DNA of 58,278 nucleotides, counting the filler, from Basidiobolus ranarum (Eukaryota), in NCBI GenBank assembly GCA_040143965.1. It is 9 parts of 9 records of this genome, joined end to end, with 100 filler letters (N's around TTAATTAATTAA, not from the genome) between each part and the next. Parts side by side here need not be neighbours in the genome. Positions count along the whole stretch, not along the records: positions 19,481 to 25,867 come from JASJQH010008203.1; positions 25,968 to 32,353 come from JASJQH010008204.1; positions 32,454 to 38,838 come from JASJQH010008205.1; 6 more parts are not named here. One strand, given 5' to 3'. Each line of letters opens with the position of its first letter. The stretch's first letter is position 1. Shown here one piece after another: positions 24,340 through 38,200 of the stretch. Made by a program: the position numbers and the translations under genes. Below the pieces are notes generated by a model, which was not told the DNA's origin, did no database searches, and worked only from the letters and a program-made list of their open reading frames with translations.

Positions 24340-25867
24340 TGAATTTCTGATCGGGTTTATCTCTCTTAATTTGGATTCCAAGAAATAACTTAATTCACCC
24401 AAATCAGTCATCTGATATGGGCTTGATAAGCTGCTTTTTGTCCAATCAAGAATTTCTAGATCATTTATAGCTATGATCAAGTCATCGACATGTAGTGCCA
24501 AGATAAGAATTCTATTTATGGTTGCTTTGATTTAAAAACTGTGATCTGCTAAGCATTTTTGGAATTCCAGTGATTCCAAATAGATTTCTATCTTGTTGTA
24601 CCATGCCCTGGGTGCTTGCTTGAGTCCATATAGCAATTTTGGCTGTTTACAGACCTTATCAGGATGTTTTGTGTTTACAAATCCATCTGGTTGCTCTATG
24701 TCAATCTCTTTTCTAGATATATATTCAGAAAGGCTGTTTTTACGTCCATTCAATGTAGATCGCGGTTACATATGGCTGAGAGTGACAGGATCAATTTGAT
24801 GGAGCTAAACTCAGCTACTGCAGCAAAACTTTCATCAAAATCAACTCCTGGAGTTTAGCAATAGCCTTTTGCAACTAATCTTGCTTTGTGCATTTCTATG
24901 GTTCCATCAGCTTGGTTTTTAACTTTGTAGACCCATTTACAACCTGTTGGCTTTCTCCCAGATGGAACAAGACTTAAAGCCTCATCCAACATCATTTATG
25001 CCCATAATTTTGATTCTGGACACTCCAGCGCTTGAACTAGAGTCTGTGACTTGTCACAGAATGCTGCATAAGCATATACATCAGTATTGGAAATGTTCCA
25101 CCAGCTTACTTGCTTATTTCTCCTTCTGGATGATCTTCTGGGTCCTGAATCAACCTATGAAGAAATTGGGACTTTTATTTTTGTTGAATAAGGCTCAGAT
25201 ACAGCTGAAATTTTGTCAGACACTTTCTGAATAGTGCTGATTATGTTTACTGGATCAAGAACTGTGATTTGAGGTGAAAAATATACTTTTTCATCAAAAA
25301 TCTCAAGATGATCCACACTTGATTTTGATCCATATAGAGCCTCCAATGGAGTAGAATTTTGTAGCAGTCTTGTTGTGCACCTGTTTTTAATATAGACTGC
25401 AGTGGAGACAGATTCAGCCCAATATTAGTAATCTAACATTTGATCAAATAACATTGATCTTGCCATCTCCACTACAGTCTTATTAGCATATTGTGCAACT
25501 TAATTTTACTCTGGAGTATAGGGTACAGTGGCTTGTTGCTTAATTCCATGTTTAGAGTAAAAACTAGCAAAGCCATTAGAGCAGTACTCGCCACCATTAT
25601 CACTCCTTAGTACCCTTGTTTTTTTGTGTTTATTCTTTCTCTACTATTACTTTGTCATTCTTGAACATAGCTAAGGCTTCAGAAATTGATTTGTGAAAGA
25701 ATACCCAAGTATATCTTGTTTTGTCATCAATCAAGGTCATAAAGTTCTTTTTCCCATCTAGTAAGATATTTTTTTTTCATGGGCTCAGAAAGAATCAGGG
25801 CAAAATTCTGAGTGCATTTGATTTCTCCAGACTTTGAAAATGCCCTTCTGTGATGTTTTCCATATAT
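24340..25867 (-). mobile_element. Copia family B integrase-RT fragment, inverted relative to its neighbour
   Basis: EQPDGF..PDKVCK..KLLYGLKQAPRAWY, LHVDDL and MTDLGELSYFL on the minus strand. Confidence 0.88.
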
Positions 25868-26044
25868 NNNNNNNNNNNNNNNNNNNNNNNNNNNNNNNNN
25901 NNNNNNNNNNNTTAATTAATTAANNNNNNNNNNNNNNNNNNNNNNNNNNNNNNNNNNNNNNNNNNNNTAAGTCGACAAAATATTATATAATATAGAGTAC
26001 CTGCTTATTTTTTTGTTGACCTTATGGATATACATTTTTTATAG

Positions 26045-27046
26045 CCTGTTAATCAGCCACCCACAGCCCCATCAAACTCATCAGACATACAAAAAACCAG
26101 CGCTTTACAACAGCTTCAAAGCATGGGTTTCACCAATGCCACCATGAGTCAACAGGCTCTTGCCCGCACTGAATTTGATGTTGGACGGGCCGTGGATATA
26201 CTTTGTTCCCAAAGCAACCCGAGTATTCAGAGAGAGGACACCTCGAATACACACTATAAAATCAATGAACCTGCAATAGTTACGGATGAGATATTCTCTA
26301 CCAAAGCGCGAAAGGAACCCACTCCACTGTCAAAATTGGACAAGGATCTTCTCTTGGATGATGGATTCGGAGATTTCAATGATTATCGTGATTTCCAGAA
26401 TGGAGATTGTTCATCTTTTTGGGAAGTGCCTTGTTTCCCTGACTCTACCTCAGATACTACAGACGTGAATGTTTCCGTATCTAATGACACTACGCATGAG
26501 TTTCCAAGCCTTGGTGGTAGCCAGAGTTAAACCATCTCTATGCTTATTGCTTACATACTGATCTTATTCCATGATAGATTTCCAATTTCCACCGAAACAT
26601 GTCACCAAGCGTGCAATCTCGTCGCACTACAACGAGCCATCTCCCCACGTAACGCCAGGAACATTGATGGTAAGTGTTAAGTTTTACTATTATATTCGCG
26701 CTAGAAAACTCATGGTCTATTGTTTCTACTTAGACGCGAAGTGGAGCAGGCTTATCGTTCTCATCTAACTGGTAAGGAGAGAGTTTTACGTACGGAATAG
26801 TCTCAATAGTCTTCGTTCCCCAAGAGCCTTCTTTTCCGAGTATTTCGAACACTCAGAGTAACCGAATTACATTTTAGCCTCCCAGTTGCTGGATCCCAAT
26901 TAACCCCGGAGAAGAAAAGTCCACCTCTCCATTCGCCAAAGGGGCCCCTGAAATCACCTGTGGGTGGACTCAAGTCTCAACCAACACAATATGTCACTAA
27001 ACATGCAAATGAAACTTATTTTGAAGAATTTGACTTGTTAAGATAA
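26045..27046 (+). CDS. UBA-domain protein, 3' exons (approx. 26045-26513, 26578-26669, 26734-26772, 26878-27046); 5' part missing
   Basis: LQQLQSMGFTNATMSQQALARTEFDVGRAVDILC is a UBA consensus (MGF loop). GT-AG introns join in frame to a Ser/Pro-rich tail ending EEFDLLR*. Exon edges may be off by a base or two. Confidence 0.65.
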
Positions 27047-27689
27047 CCCCAACGACACAAATCAATCTCAGCATCAATTTTCATTTGCAACAGGATGGTG
27101 GTCATTTTCTCGCAGTCAACTATTCTTCATTTATTGCGACTCTCTCAAACACTCATTACGCGAATATATCGCCTTACTTGTAGCTAGGAAATCTCCTTCT
27201 ACCCTCTAGCTATCCTGATGGTTACATGGTTATGGAAAAGGAGTCCCCTGACGGGCGTTCCCTCCGGGCTTGACAAGTGCATTGGATACGTATGATGGTG
27301 ATGTCATTAAAGTAATTATACTACATTACGAGTCGGTACTCATATTTGCTGGATTTCGGAGGATGATCAATCCCCAGTCGATTGCTATGAGCCTTGGTTG
27401 GATGGTCAAAAAAGTATTCGAATAGTATAAAGTTAGTTGGCTGGGATGGTCGAGCATTCGAATAGCATAAAGTTAGAATAGGGAATTTCCTTGCACCAAG
27501 TGATAGACTGTCGATCTTGGGAACAATTTCAGTTGGACATGATCATTTTGTATATTTATACGTTTCGCTATAGAGTGTGACTGTAGCGTATGCAAATATA
27601 CCCTAGGTCAATAAGGTTGTGTTTGAAATTGGAGAAAATAGGTAATGTTATATGAATCCATAATATTCTGGATACTTACACCAAGTATA

Positions 27690-28028
27690 TGTTCAAGTGT
27701 TTGGGAGCCTGTTGGAAGTGGTTTGGAGAATTCAAGAAATTGGTGGTGTTCACTTGTTGATGCATTGAGTAGAAAGTTGTCATTTATACTTTTGTCAAGA
27801 TGTAAACAAACTAACATGTAGAATTTGTTAAGGAAGGTCTCAGGAACATGTGTGCAAAGTTTGGGGATTCTTTGAAAAATCTATATATCTGAGAACTTCT
27901 AAGTTGGTAGAAATATTCCAAGTAAATTACAATTGAGAATAATGGGTAATATCTTAGCCCAATATAGAATAACTAAATACTAAGCTATATATGACTATAT
28001 AGGTGTTTAAGCAATGCTAGTTTCAACA
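27690..28028 (-). mobile_element. Solo LTR, family A, with a near-perfect 5-bp TSD
   Basis: Complete termini; flanked by GTATA / GTTTA. Confidence 0.88.
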
Positions 28029-28784
28029 GTTTACAGACTCTCTGTAACCCATTCTTTAGATGGATTTTAAGTTTAAAGAACTTGTGCCCTTGATTGCATT
28101 GCTACATTGCTGAGCATACAGTTGTAGCATTAAAAACCAGGTATCAGTCTTCAAAAGATACATTTTCCTTTACTTTTCTCAAGCATCAAAGTCTTTTTTG
28201 GCTAAGCATTGCAGTTTGTATCCAGAACTCTAATTGGATGAGTTAAGAGTGGAAAAGTAGAATGGTATATTCAGGTATCCTTGTTGAATATTATGTTAAT
28301 TCAATTATTATGTTTGAATGTTGTTATATAAAACATCCTTGCTACCTCCACCTTTATATGCCCACTATTCCATATAATACATTCTGTTTACACCTATATC
28401 AACTGATTCAATAGTGGAGTGTATATGTGATATACAAGTGAATTATCAATCAATTGGTAAATTTGAACTTGATGTTTCACTGTCATCAAGTTGCTCTTAG
28501 GTAAACATACCTTACTCTCATAGAAATTTGGAGCACAATCTTATTATTCTCTTACTTAATTACCCTCAATAGACAGGTGCTTTAGTGTGTATCAATTATT
28601 CAGTATATCTCAAACTCATCTTAGTCCCATATCTACAAACTCATTGTATATACTCTAAATTCTATCCATACATTCTTTGTACTATATTTACTTAATTAAT
28701 CTGCCAGCAACTGATAGCCCTTATTTTATTTATAAAGGTTGGTGACTCTGTTATGCTCTTATAATTACAGTATAGGCTTATTGG

Positions 28785-29253
28785 TGTTGAAATTAGCATT
28801 GCCTAAACACCTATATAGTCATATATAGCTTAGTATTTAGTTATTCTATATTGAACTAAGATATTACCTATTATTCTCAATTAATTTTTACTTCGAATAT
28901 TTCTACCAACTAAGAAGTTCTCAGATATATAGATTTTTCAAAGAAGCCCCAAACTTTGCATACATGTTCCTGGGACCTTCCTTAACACATTCTATATGTT
29001 AGTTTGTTTACATCTTGACAAAACTATAAATGTCAACTTTCTACTCAATAAATCAATAAGTGAAAACCACCAATTCCTCTAATTCTCCAAACCACTTCCA
29101 ACAGGCTCCCAAATACTTTAACACCTAAAACCTTCCTTAGCACATTCTGTGCATTAATTTGTTTACATCTTGACCAAACTATAAATGTCAACTTTCTACT
29201 CAATACATCAACAAGTGAAAACCACTTGCAACAGGCTGCCAAATACTTTAACA
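28785..29253 (+). mobile_element. Family A LTR (28785-29123) plus a partial second LTR 3' half
   Basis: TGTTGAAATTAGC start and two TACTTTAACA ends; outer flanks ATTGG / GTTGG. Confidence 0.85.
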
Positions 29254-32200
29254 GTTGGTGAGGCAGGTTTGCATCTTGCATACACATGCCTCTATATATC
29301 CTTGAGGATTTGATGCCTGTGAATGTAGTTTATGTAACAATATCATAGGGAATTTTAATTTGGTTGGAATCAAAGTATTTAAGCTATCTCAGAGGAAATG
29401 CTAAGCAGAGATTAGGACTATGCTCAGAATGCCAGTAAGAGTAAGATGGAAAGCTCCAGTTGTAATTTAGATACTTTAGGGTATTGTGAATTATCAAAGA
29501 TTTCACCATGTGGAGCTCACAATTACAAAGTCAATGTTTGCGTTTTGAGCATATTAATCATAATATTACCAACTTACTTTTATGTCATAAGCAAAATATG
29601 TAGGTAAGGGATAACATTTAGGCCACAAATAATAAGCATCAAATTGGTGCCGATTGTATATATCACTCACTATGAATATGCTCATCATCCAACTATCTGC
29701 ACAGTTGAATGATGGACTATATTATTCCTGCTGAAATTTTAGGCTTTACTCTTTTCCGATTTATTGCCAATACTTGAAAGTACAAGAACCTTAAGATAAT
29801 TCAACTTCAAATGTTCCAGCTTTAATTTTCATATTTGTTCTCAGATAAGTTCTCAGCATTTCGAGTAATAAACATTCATATAAATTGGATGCTTCAAAGA
29901 AATGTGTTACAAATTTTCCATTAGACGATGCTGTATGTAAGTAAGGAGTTAGGTTCAGAACTTTGGTTCACCCTGTGGCGAGCATGGATAACTACGAAAT
30001 ATTCATTTCAACTTCCACATTCCAGGATCATTTGTATTTATTCAAAGCATTTGTCTCAATTTTGACACATCTGATAGGAATAACAAGCTTCAGCAGTCAG
30101 GAAAGCTGATAGTCAGGGGAAATATTTGGCTAGTAGTGGAAAATTCTGAACAATACACCCATCCCCCAAATTGTTGCGAAATTCTTAAAACGTTGATTGC
30201 TACAACAGTGTACTGAGGTTTGTCATATTTTGGAAATTCAATATTTTTCGCAGCATCCTGAGATATTTCCAATACAAATAACTCAATTCTTACCAGTGAA
30301 CTAGGTCGTAGACATGCATGAAATAATTTAAGCATGATATATGAATAGTTACACTCTAATGTTTCAAAGGAATATACGGGAATTAAGTATGAAATAGCCT
30401 GTTGAGATTGGATATTCCAAGCTGAAAAGATGAATCCTAAACTCTCTCTATTGCCACCTTCAGATATTCCGAGAACAAAGCATTTTTATCAAGTGTAAAA
30501 TACTTCTAGTATCATAATGCGCCATCTTGTGTTAAGCTTAGACAATTGACATGTATACCAAGCGTATGTTCTAGTCCTGAACTAGGTTATCGATGATGAT
30601 TAATTGTAAACCTAGCTGTGAAAGATGAAGTGGCGCATAGTGAGAGATAATCAATATAATAAAGATAATAAACGTCAAAATCCATATTTTTGTTGAAAGT
30701 GCGCAGAATGATTTCTACTTGCATCAGATATGTACTCTATATTAGGACTAATGAATTGAGAAAGCTACAATACGAAGCTATTTGCATACCAGATAAACCA
30801 TTCGGTGGGGGTAGAGATAGATGTTACTTAAAATGGCAATGAATAATCTATACTTCGCATGATAGAAGTGGCATTAAGTTTAAGTGGCGTGTAACTTCTG
30901 ATTATTCCAAAGATTTGCAAAGTAATTTCTGAAATCTGAGATACCCATCCGATTCTTAATACATTCTTAATTCATTTTTCTTGCAGAATAGAATAATGGA
31001 ACAGAGAAATGGCTACTCTTCGGATTCCGGCGATTGTTCTTCCTGCAATTCATGAATAATTGCTGCCCAGCAAGTTCGTCACTAACTGAGGTCATTGAGG
31101 AAGGGTGAATTTCATATTTGGTGGGCAATTCCACTTTACTATGCTATTGATTCACCTTAGAAGCGATGAGGTAAAACCCTGAGGGAATATGCCACTGGTT
31201 TATGCTAGTGCTTTCTGGCTTGCTGCAGGATTGCACCAACAGCTAAGTCAAAGAGCAAAGAATCCCAATAATAGTCTCACAAATAGCTGTTTCTCCAGCT
31301 CCAATCAAGAGCGCTACCAACGTTGCTGGACCATGTACGTAGCCAATGAAAGACAGTGTATCCAAGAAGCATTGTCAACTGGCATGTAGCACACAGTATA
31401 ATGTGGTGGCAATAGAGCGGTGAATGGGTTTCAGGAGGTCAAGTACAACATCAAACAAAGTCATATAGGGTTCAAACATACGTATGGCGAGCATGGGTTT
31501 CGAAGTTGAAAACGAATCACCTGCTCAGGGGTCAAGGATAGAGTGTGACATTTCTGGACAGGGTTCTATGTAATTTCCCCGTCGAAAAGATGCAAGATGG
31601 TGAAACTGGACTTGGAATTCTGCTTCTGCTCGTGCTTGGCTCCTACATCAGACCCGCTTCCAGAAATGGCTTAACTAATCATGTAAGGATGAACTCCGTA
31701 CCCCTCAGCTCCTGTCTAGCTCGTACGCCAAGTAACCATCATTCCCAGCTTCAAATCAAAAAAATGGAATTTCGCTCGTAGCTGGATAGTCTCGATCGGG
31801 ACGGTGCAAGCAATAGAGATAGCACATTTGGGGTAAGTCATGCAGCAGAGAATGAGCGATCTTACATGATGCAGCTATTGTCATCCAGAATCGAACAACC
31901 GAATTGGCCTCTACGGCTTGCCATTCGAGTGATTTTAATAGAAAATTAATCAACATTCACCTGCTGATGCACCCCATTGGCTTACTTCAGTTGAATCGCA
32001 CTCAATTGAACTCCTCATTAGCGAATATGTAGTAATCTAAGAATAAACGCTCTTGTGCGCATCATAGCTAACTGCTAATCAGCTGGAAATGGATCATTAA
32101 TCTAAGCCTATTAAAATAAGCCAACTCCGGTTGGTGATCCTGTCTGATACTTCTTGTGTGACTAGTCATATCATTCTGACCATTAAAATCCCGTAATAGT

Positions 32201-32559
32201 ATCCATGGAAATAGCCAAACAAGGAATGGGCGAGAGCCTGCTATATAAATCCGTTCGGTCTGCCCGCCACGAATCCAGTTCGACCACTTTTCCCGTCATA
32301 GCATTTGCACTTGAAAGCAGTTTTCCATCGAGATCCCCTGCCCCGTGAATAAGNNNNNNNNNNNNNNNNNNNNNNNNNNNNNNNNNNNNNNNNNNNNTTA
32401 ATTAATTAANNNNNNNNNNNNNNNNNNNNNNNNNNNNNNNNNNNNNNNNNNNNAGTGGTTTAACATTTTGGAAACTGTGCAGAATCTTGCCCGAAATCAC
32501 CTGGATTTGAGTTAATTGTGGAAAAACCAAAAACCAGGCGTTACTCTGAAGGTTCTTGA

Positions 32560-33913
32560 CTTATGGGCAGCTGCTTCCTGCATCACATCTCTAGGCATAG
32601 AATAGAAAATATAAAATAGCGTTTCATCCGTAAAGGAGCCGATTTTGAGCTGTGGTGGTGGAGGGGCCTGAGCATTATAACATGGTGGCAAATGGTAAGC
32701 AGGTTCTATACGGGATTCTGATTCAGTGGCTGAGGTACCAGCCCATGGGGTTAGGAACGTGGCATAAAGTGCACTGGAAAGGTGAATAAACAAGTGCATT
32801 AATGTCAAGGGTGGAAGGGTTCAAAGAGGAAAAAAGGATTTTCTTACTCTTGCGAATTGAGATTTAGACCGAGGGTAGTTAAATCACAGCCGTTTACCAG
32901 AAGGGCAACTTGTTGATCTGAAGGTTTTATTAAAGAAAGCATACCCAACATTCCATACTTGTTGGTGATGGCTACACTTTCATCATTATTATTTGAACTT
33001 TGATTCGGGATCGTTGTGGTTTGGGTATTTTGCAACGATCCGGACAGCTTCGTGGCCCAACTCTATAGCAAAAGTGATAAAGAGGTTAACCAACCATTGA
33101 TGGACAACAAGACAATATTTTTCAAATCTCACCTTTTCTCCTTCCGTAGGAGCTATATTGGTTACCAAACAAAACAATGCATGAGTTCACTTGATCCTCG
33201 ACTAAAGTTCTATTCAATAATTATTAACTTACCAGGATTTGTTCGATTAGCTAGCGGTGTACCAATGGTACCGTTAAGTGGCTGCGATTGTGGTGATGAC
33301 ACTGAGTTACCATTAGCCAAACTTGTTGCGTACGACAGTGAGTTTGAAGGATTATTACGAGAGTGACCACCTGCACCTGGTAAAGCAGGAAATTCTTCTT
33401 TCCTTAACTCTTCGGTCATAGACCTATCATCAGCAATGCTAGAAGATTTAGAATGCCGACCTAATGCCTGTGCACTTCCCAAAGCTGGGAATTCCGACAT
33501 GTCTAGCGTGTCACTGGAATTATTTACTGGAGGAGGTTGCCGTATGGAAGAAGGTTGAACAGAATACCCCCATGTTGGTCCGCCAAGTGCTTAAGGTTAT
33601 AAGGAAAAAATAAAAGATACAACATATGTTGAGAAACTAGTGAATATTTGACTAGACTATTTAGTGCATACTTACAAGGCTTCCCATTAGATAACCTGTG
33701 GCCAAAGGCATTATTCGCACCAGTACGATTCATTAACGAAGGATTTAAACTTTGAAGAGTTGAATAAGAAGCAGAGGAAGACGCAGGAGTAGAGGTAGGT
33801 TTACTCGATAATAGTTGTGAATTGACTAAAACAACGCAAAAGAATAAAGTTAACAATGAGTTGGAAAACCAGATATCAAGAGTGCTTAGGGTGTACTCAC
33901 ATTGTCGATTCAT
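32560..33913 (-). CDS. NOT2: CCR4-NOT subunit NOT2, multi-exon, 3' end missing
   Basis: EFPALG motifs, KYGMLGMLSLIK, GCDLTTLGLNLNS, LYATFLTPW, YHLPPCY and FTDETLFYIFYSMPRDVMQEAAA (NOT box), spread over GT-AG separated exons; start MNRQ at 33913. Confidence 0.88.
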
Positions 33914-34815
33914 TCAGTTTATATGGTTAAAGAAGTCTTTAGTTTATCGACTTCGCTACTGGAATGTATGCAGTAAATATTTAGTTTCAAAATCAATGAC
34001 TTTCGTAGACGAATAAACCGAATATATAAGATAGAAATATATAACTGCTACAGGAAAGTAAAAATTACGTGGCCCAATCCAAACGGATTATTTGGCAAGG
34101 GAAAAGAACTTTGAAAACGTAAAATCGGGCTTGATTGTTTAGATCTCGGTTAAAGAATTAAAGCGATAATCTAAAGTGGTACATCACATAAAGGGGCACA
34201 ATGAAATGAGTATTAGTTACCTGTAAAGAATAGAAGATATTCACAGCGAGGAAAGTTGTTAAATATCAGATTGAATGTCACAAATTCCTATAAAAAAGTG
34301 ACGATAGAAAGCTCTGTATGAAATATAAGGAGTACACTGTTTATGACGAAAGGGTAGTTTGGATATTTGCAGTCAGAACTAACACAAAGTGGGGGTAGCC
34401 GCGACACGAGGATTGCGAGTTTTTATTATAGAAGAATCGATTTGCTAATTTATATCAAACTTTCAATTATTGAAGAGCATACTGAAAAGTGTATATCTTC
34501 TGGCACGTGATATTTGGCGAATCGGATTGGAGATTGAAATATTAATCTCAATCGTATTTCAAAGCTGATTAAAGAATATATAACGTGCTCTTTTTAACAT
34601 GTCAAATGTGGTCTGGAATGCGTTTAAGGCCTTTGTTGATATCAAATGTTCACTTCCCAGGCGTATGCGTATCTGTTACCTCCTATTGTTGCACGAACAT
34701 TATGTCTCAGCTCTTACCAACATTGCTGGTATACTGGCATAGCTTTGCTCAATCTAAATTAGACCACCAAAGTGTTAAACTTAGCATTGCCTAAATACCT
34801 AATCGGTGGTAATAT

Positions 34816-35299
34816 TGTTGAAATTAGCATTGCCTAAACACCTATATAGTCATACATAGCTTAGTATTTAGTTATCTTATATTTCACAAACATATTACCC
34901 ATTATTTTCATAAGGAATTTACTTAGAATATTGACACCAGCTTACAAGCTCTCAGATATTTAGATTTTTCAAACTTGTGCTCAAAGCCCCAAACTATGCA
35001 CACATGTTCCTGCAACCTTCCTAAACACACTATACATGTTAGTTTGCTTATATCTTGACAAAACTGTAAGTGTCAACTTTTAACCACCAATTTCTCAAAT
35101 TTTCCATACCAGTTCCAACAGGTTCAACAATACTTTAAGATGTTATGAGCCATGAGCTTCCACTCACTATAATGTCTACTGGTCAAATTTCTGGAACTTC
35201 TCCCTTTTCTGAAAAACTAAATGGAACCAAATATTAAGTTTGGAAAATTAAAATGAAAATGCTGCTGCAAGAATAAGGACTTTGGCATACTGTTGTAGG
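34816..35299 (+). mobile_element. Copia family A 5' LTR (34816-35140), PBS and gag start, interrupted by a second copy
   Basis: GTTATGAGCC PBS and EKLNGTKY*VWKIKMKMLLQE*GLW, broken at 35300 by a new LTR. A 28-bp LTR stub lies at ~34773. Confidence 0.88.
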
Positions 35300-38200
35300 T
35301 GTTGGAATTAGCATTGCTTAAGCACCTATATAGTCATATATAGCTTAGTACTTAGTAATCTTATATTTCACTAAGATATTTTCCATTATTCTCAATTGGA
35401 ATTTACTTGGAATATTTTTACCAACTTAGAAGTTCTCCAATATATAGATTTTTCAGACTTGTGCTAGAAGCCCCAAACCTTGCCACATGTTTCTGGGACC
35501 TTTTTTAACATATTCTACATGTTAGTTTGTTTACATCTAGACAAAACTATAAATGTCAACAGAATACTCAATATATCAATTAGTGAAAACCATCAATTTC
35601 TCTAATTCTCCAAACCACTTCCAAAAGTCACCCAAATACTCTAGCAGATTAAGAGCCCCAAGCTTGCACTCTCTTCAATGCCTACTTTGCAAATATATGG
35701 AGCTTTTTCCTCTTCTGAAAAATTTGATGGAACCTATTGTCAACTTTGAAAATAAAAATGAAAATGTTGTGGCAAGAAAAAGAACTCTGGGACACCATTG
35801 TAGGAGAAGAAAACAATGCCAAACTCTCTGAAACCAAAGTTTTACTCCAGGTCAAAAATGAACAAATTGCCCTTAACACAATTTGTCTTAATGTTAAAGA
35901 CAATTGCTAATTCAATGTTCAAGAGCTAAAATGGCCAAGAAGGTATGGAAGACCTTGGAAAACACCACCAAACAAGTTATGCTGCCAACAAGATGTTTCA
36001 AAGAAGACAATACTTTAAATTCAGGATGAAACCAGTAGAGGACATTCAATTACTAATTAATAGAGTTACAATATTAGTAAATGAAATGGAATGCATTGGA
36101 GTACCTACTTATGATCAGGATATCACAGTTACAATCCTGAACAGCCTGCCACACATGTTTCTGAGTATTGCAATGGCTCTTCAGTAAAGAACTGAAATTT
36201 GATCTTAAATTTTGTAATTGGCAGACTCCTGGATGAAGATTTATTCAAATTAGGATCCAACCAAAAGAATGAAGAAAATTGTTTACAGACTATGGGAAAC
36301 CTGCCTATAAAGGTCAAAAGCACTTTAAGAAGAAAAGTAACACATTCTGTGATTACTATAAAAGAACTGACCATTTAAGCAAAGATTGCTTTAAACAAAT
36401 TATAAAAGAAAAAAAATGTAAGGAATCTGGTAAACTGATTACAACAGAAGATCACTTGTTCATCTCAGCTCTGTCTATGACTACCATCAAGGATTCTCAG
36501 TTGTAGTATATTGATTCTGGAGCCTCCAAACACTTCACAAATGATAAATATTGATTTGTGGATTTTGAAAAAATCCCATTTAGAAAGGTTTTCATGGGAC
36601 AAGACTATACATTGCATGCTATAGGAATAGGAACAATTCAAGCCATTTTAGTTGGTACTTCAGAACAGAAAGTGTATACCTTTAAGGATATACTACATGT
36701 TCCAGATATTGCCAAGAATTTAATACCAGTATTCAAAACTGCCTCAGAAGGGCTAAAATTCAATTTTGATAAGTCTGGATGCATCTTCCCTGATTATGAT
36801 GGGGAATATATAGCTTTGGGAGAAAAGAATCAGAACTTATGCACACTTAACTATAATTCAAGAGTTTTGTGTGAAAATGTAAGTTATTCCAATTGAGAAA
36901 CTGTTTAACTATAGCACAAGCAATTTGGCTATATTAGATTTGATTAATTGATTGTTTAGGCAAGAAGATTAAAAATTACTTAATTTCTGAATTTCAATTT
37001 AACCACCCCAACCAGAATGGAAATTTTTGATTATTGGATACATGGAGAACAAGCCAGGCAACTATTGAAAAGCACTGATTTAATTAAATTGGTCAAAAAA
37101 TTGAATCTCATTCATTCAAATTTGCTTGCACCAATGCAAAATTTAAGTGCAGGCATAAAAAGATATTGAATCACATTTATTGACAAGTATACAAGATTTA
37201 CTTGAGTCTACTATAGGGAAAGAAAAGAAAAAGCAATCTCTAACTCTAGAAATATTTAAACACCTGTGGAGACTGAATCACAAACTAGAACAAGAAAATA
37301 CATACTGATAATGGTAGAGAATATACTACAATACTATTTAATCACTTTTGCAAAGTTCATGGAATTAAACAAGAAGCTACTGCCCCCTATTCACCTCAAC
37401 AAGATGGAGCTGCCAAAAGAGCTAACAGGACTATAATAGAAATGGCAAGATCCATGATAAAGTCACAAAATTTATCTCATAATTTTTAGGTGGAATCTAT
37501 TGCTACAGCACTATATTAGAAGAATAGGAGTTTTACCACAGGTCTGTATAACTCTAAACCAGATCAAGCTTCATTTGGAGTTACACCTGATGTAAAACAT
37601 CTGAGGATCTCTGGATACATTGCCTATGTCAAGGTTATGACCAAAAATTGGTCTGAATTTGAACCAAAAAGTAAGTAATGAGTATTTCTGGGCTATTGTA
37701 CTTAAACTAAGGCCTTCAGACTCTATGATGCCAAAATTTCAAAGTTCATCAAGTTCAGGGATGTCAAGTTTCAGCTCAATGAAATAATATCACCTAAAGA
37801 GACATCAGATGAGGACAAAAATCAATTTTCCCCTGATCCAATTATTCAAATTGATTCAAATCAAAATAACAAAGAAGCTATCTTACCTGTGGACCCTTCA
37901 AGCAAGATTCTGTCTACTAAAGTGCCCAATACAATGCCAGAAGTTATATTACCTTTACCCCAAACCAGTAGATGAAATTGCATCAGAAATAGCCCTGATT
38001 ACATTATCAATGAGTACAAAAATTGGGCCTATGCCTGCAAAGCCCAAGTACATGAAACCCAGACTGAAACAGAGACCCTGAATGGCTCCCACACAATATT
38101 TTTGGGATATACAATGGCTGATGAGTTTCAGGCTTTCTTTGATAATTAAACTTAATTTTAACCAACTTACCTGTTGATAGAAATTCAATTGGCTGCCAAT

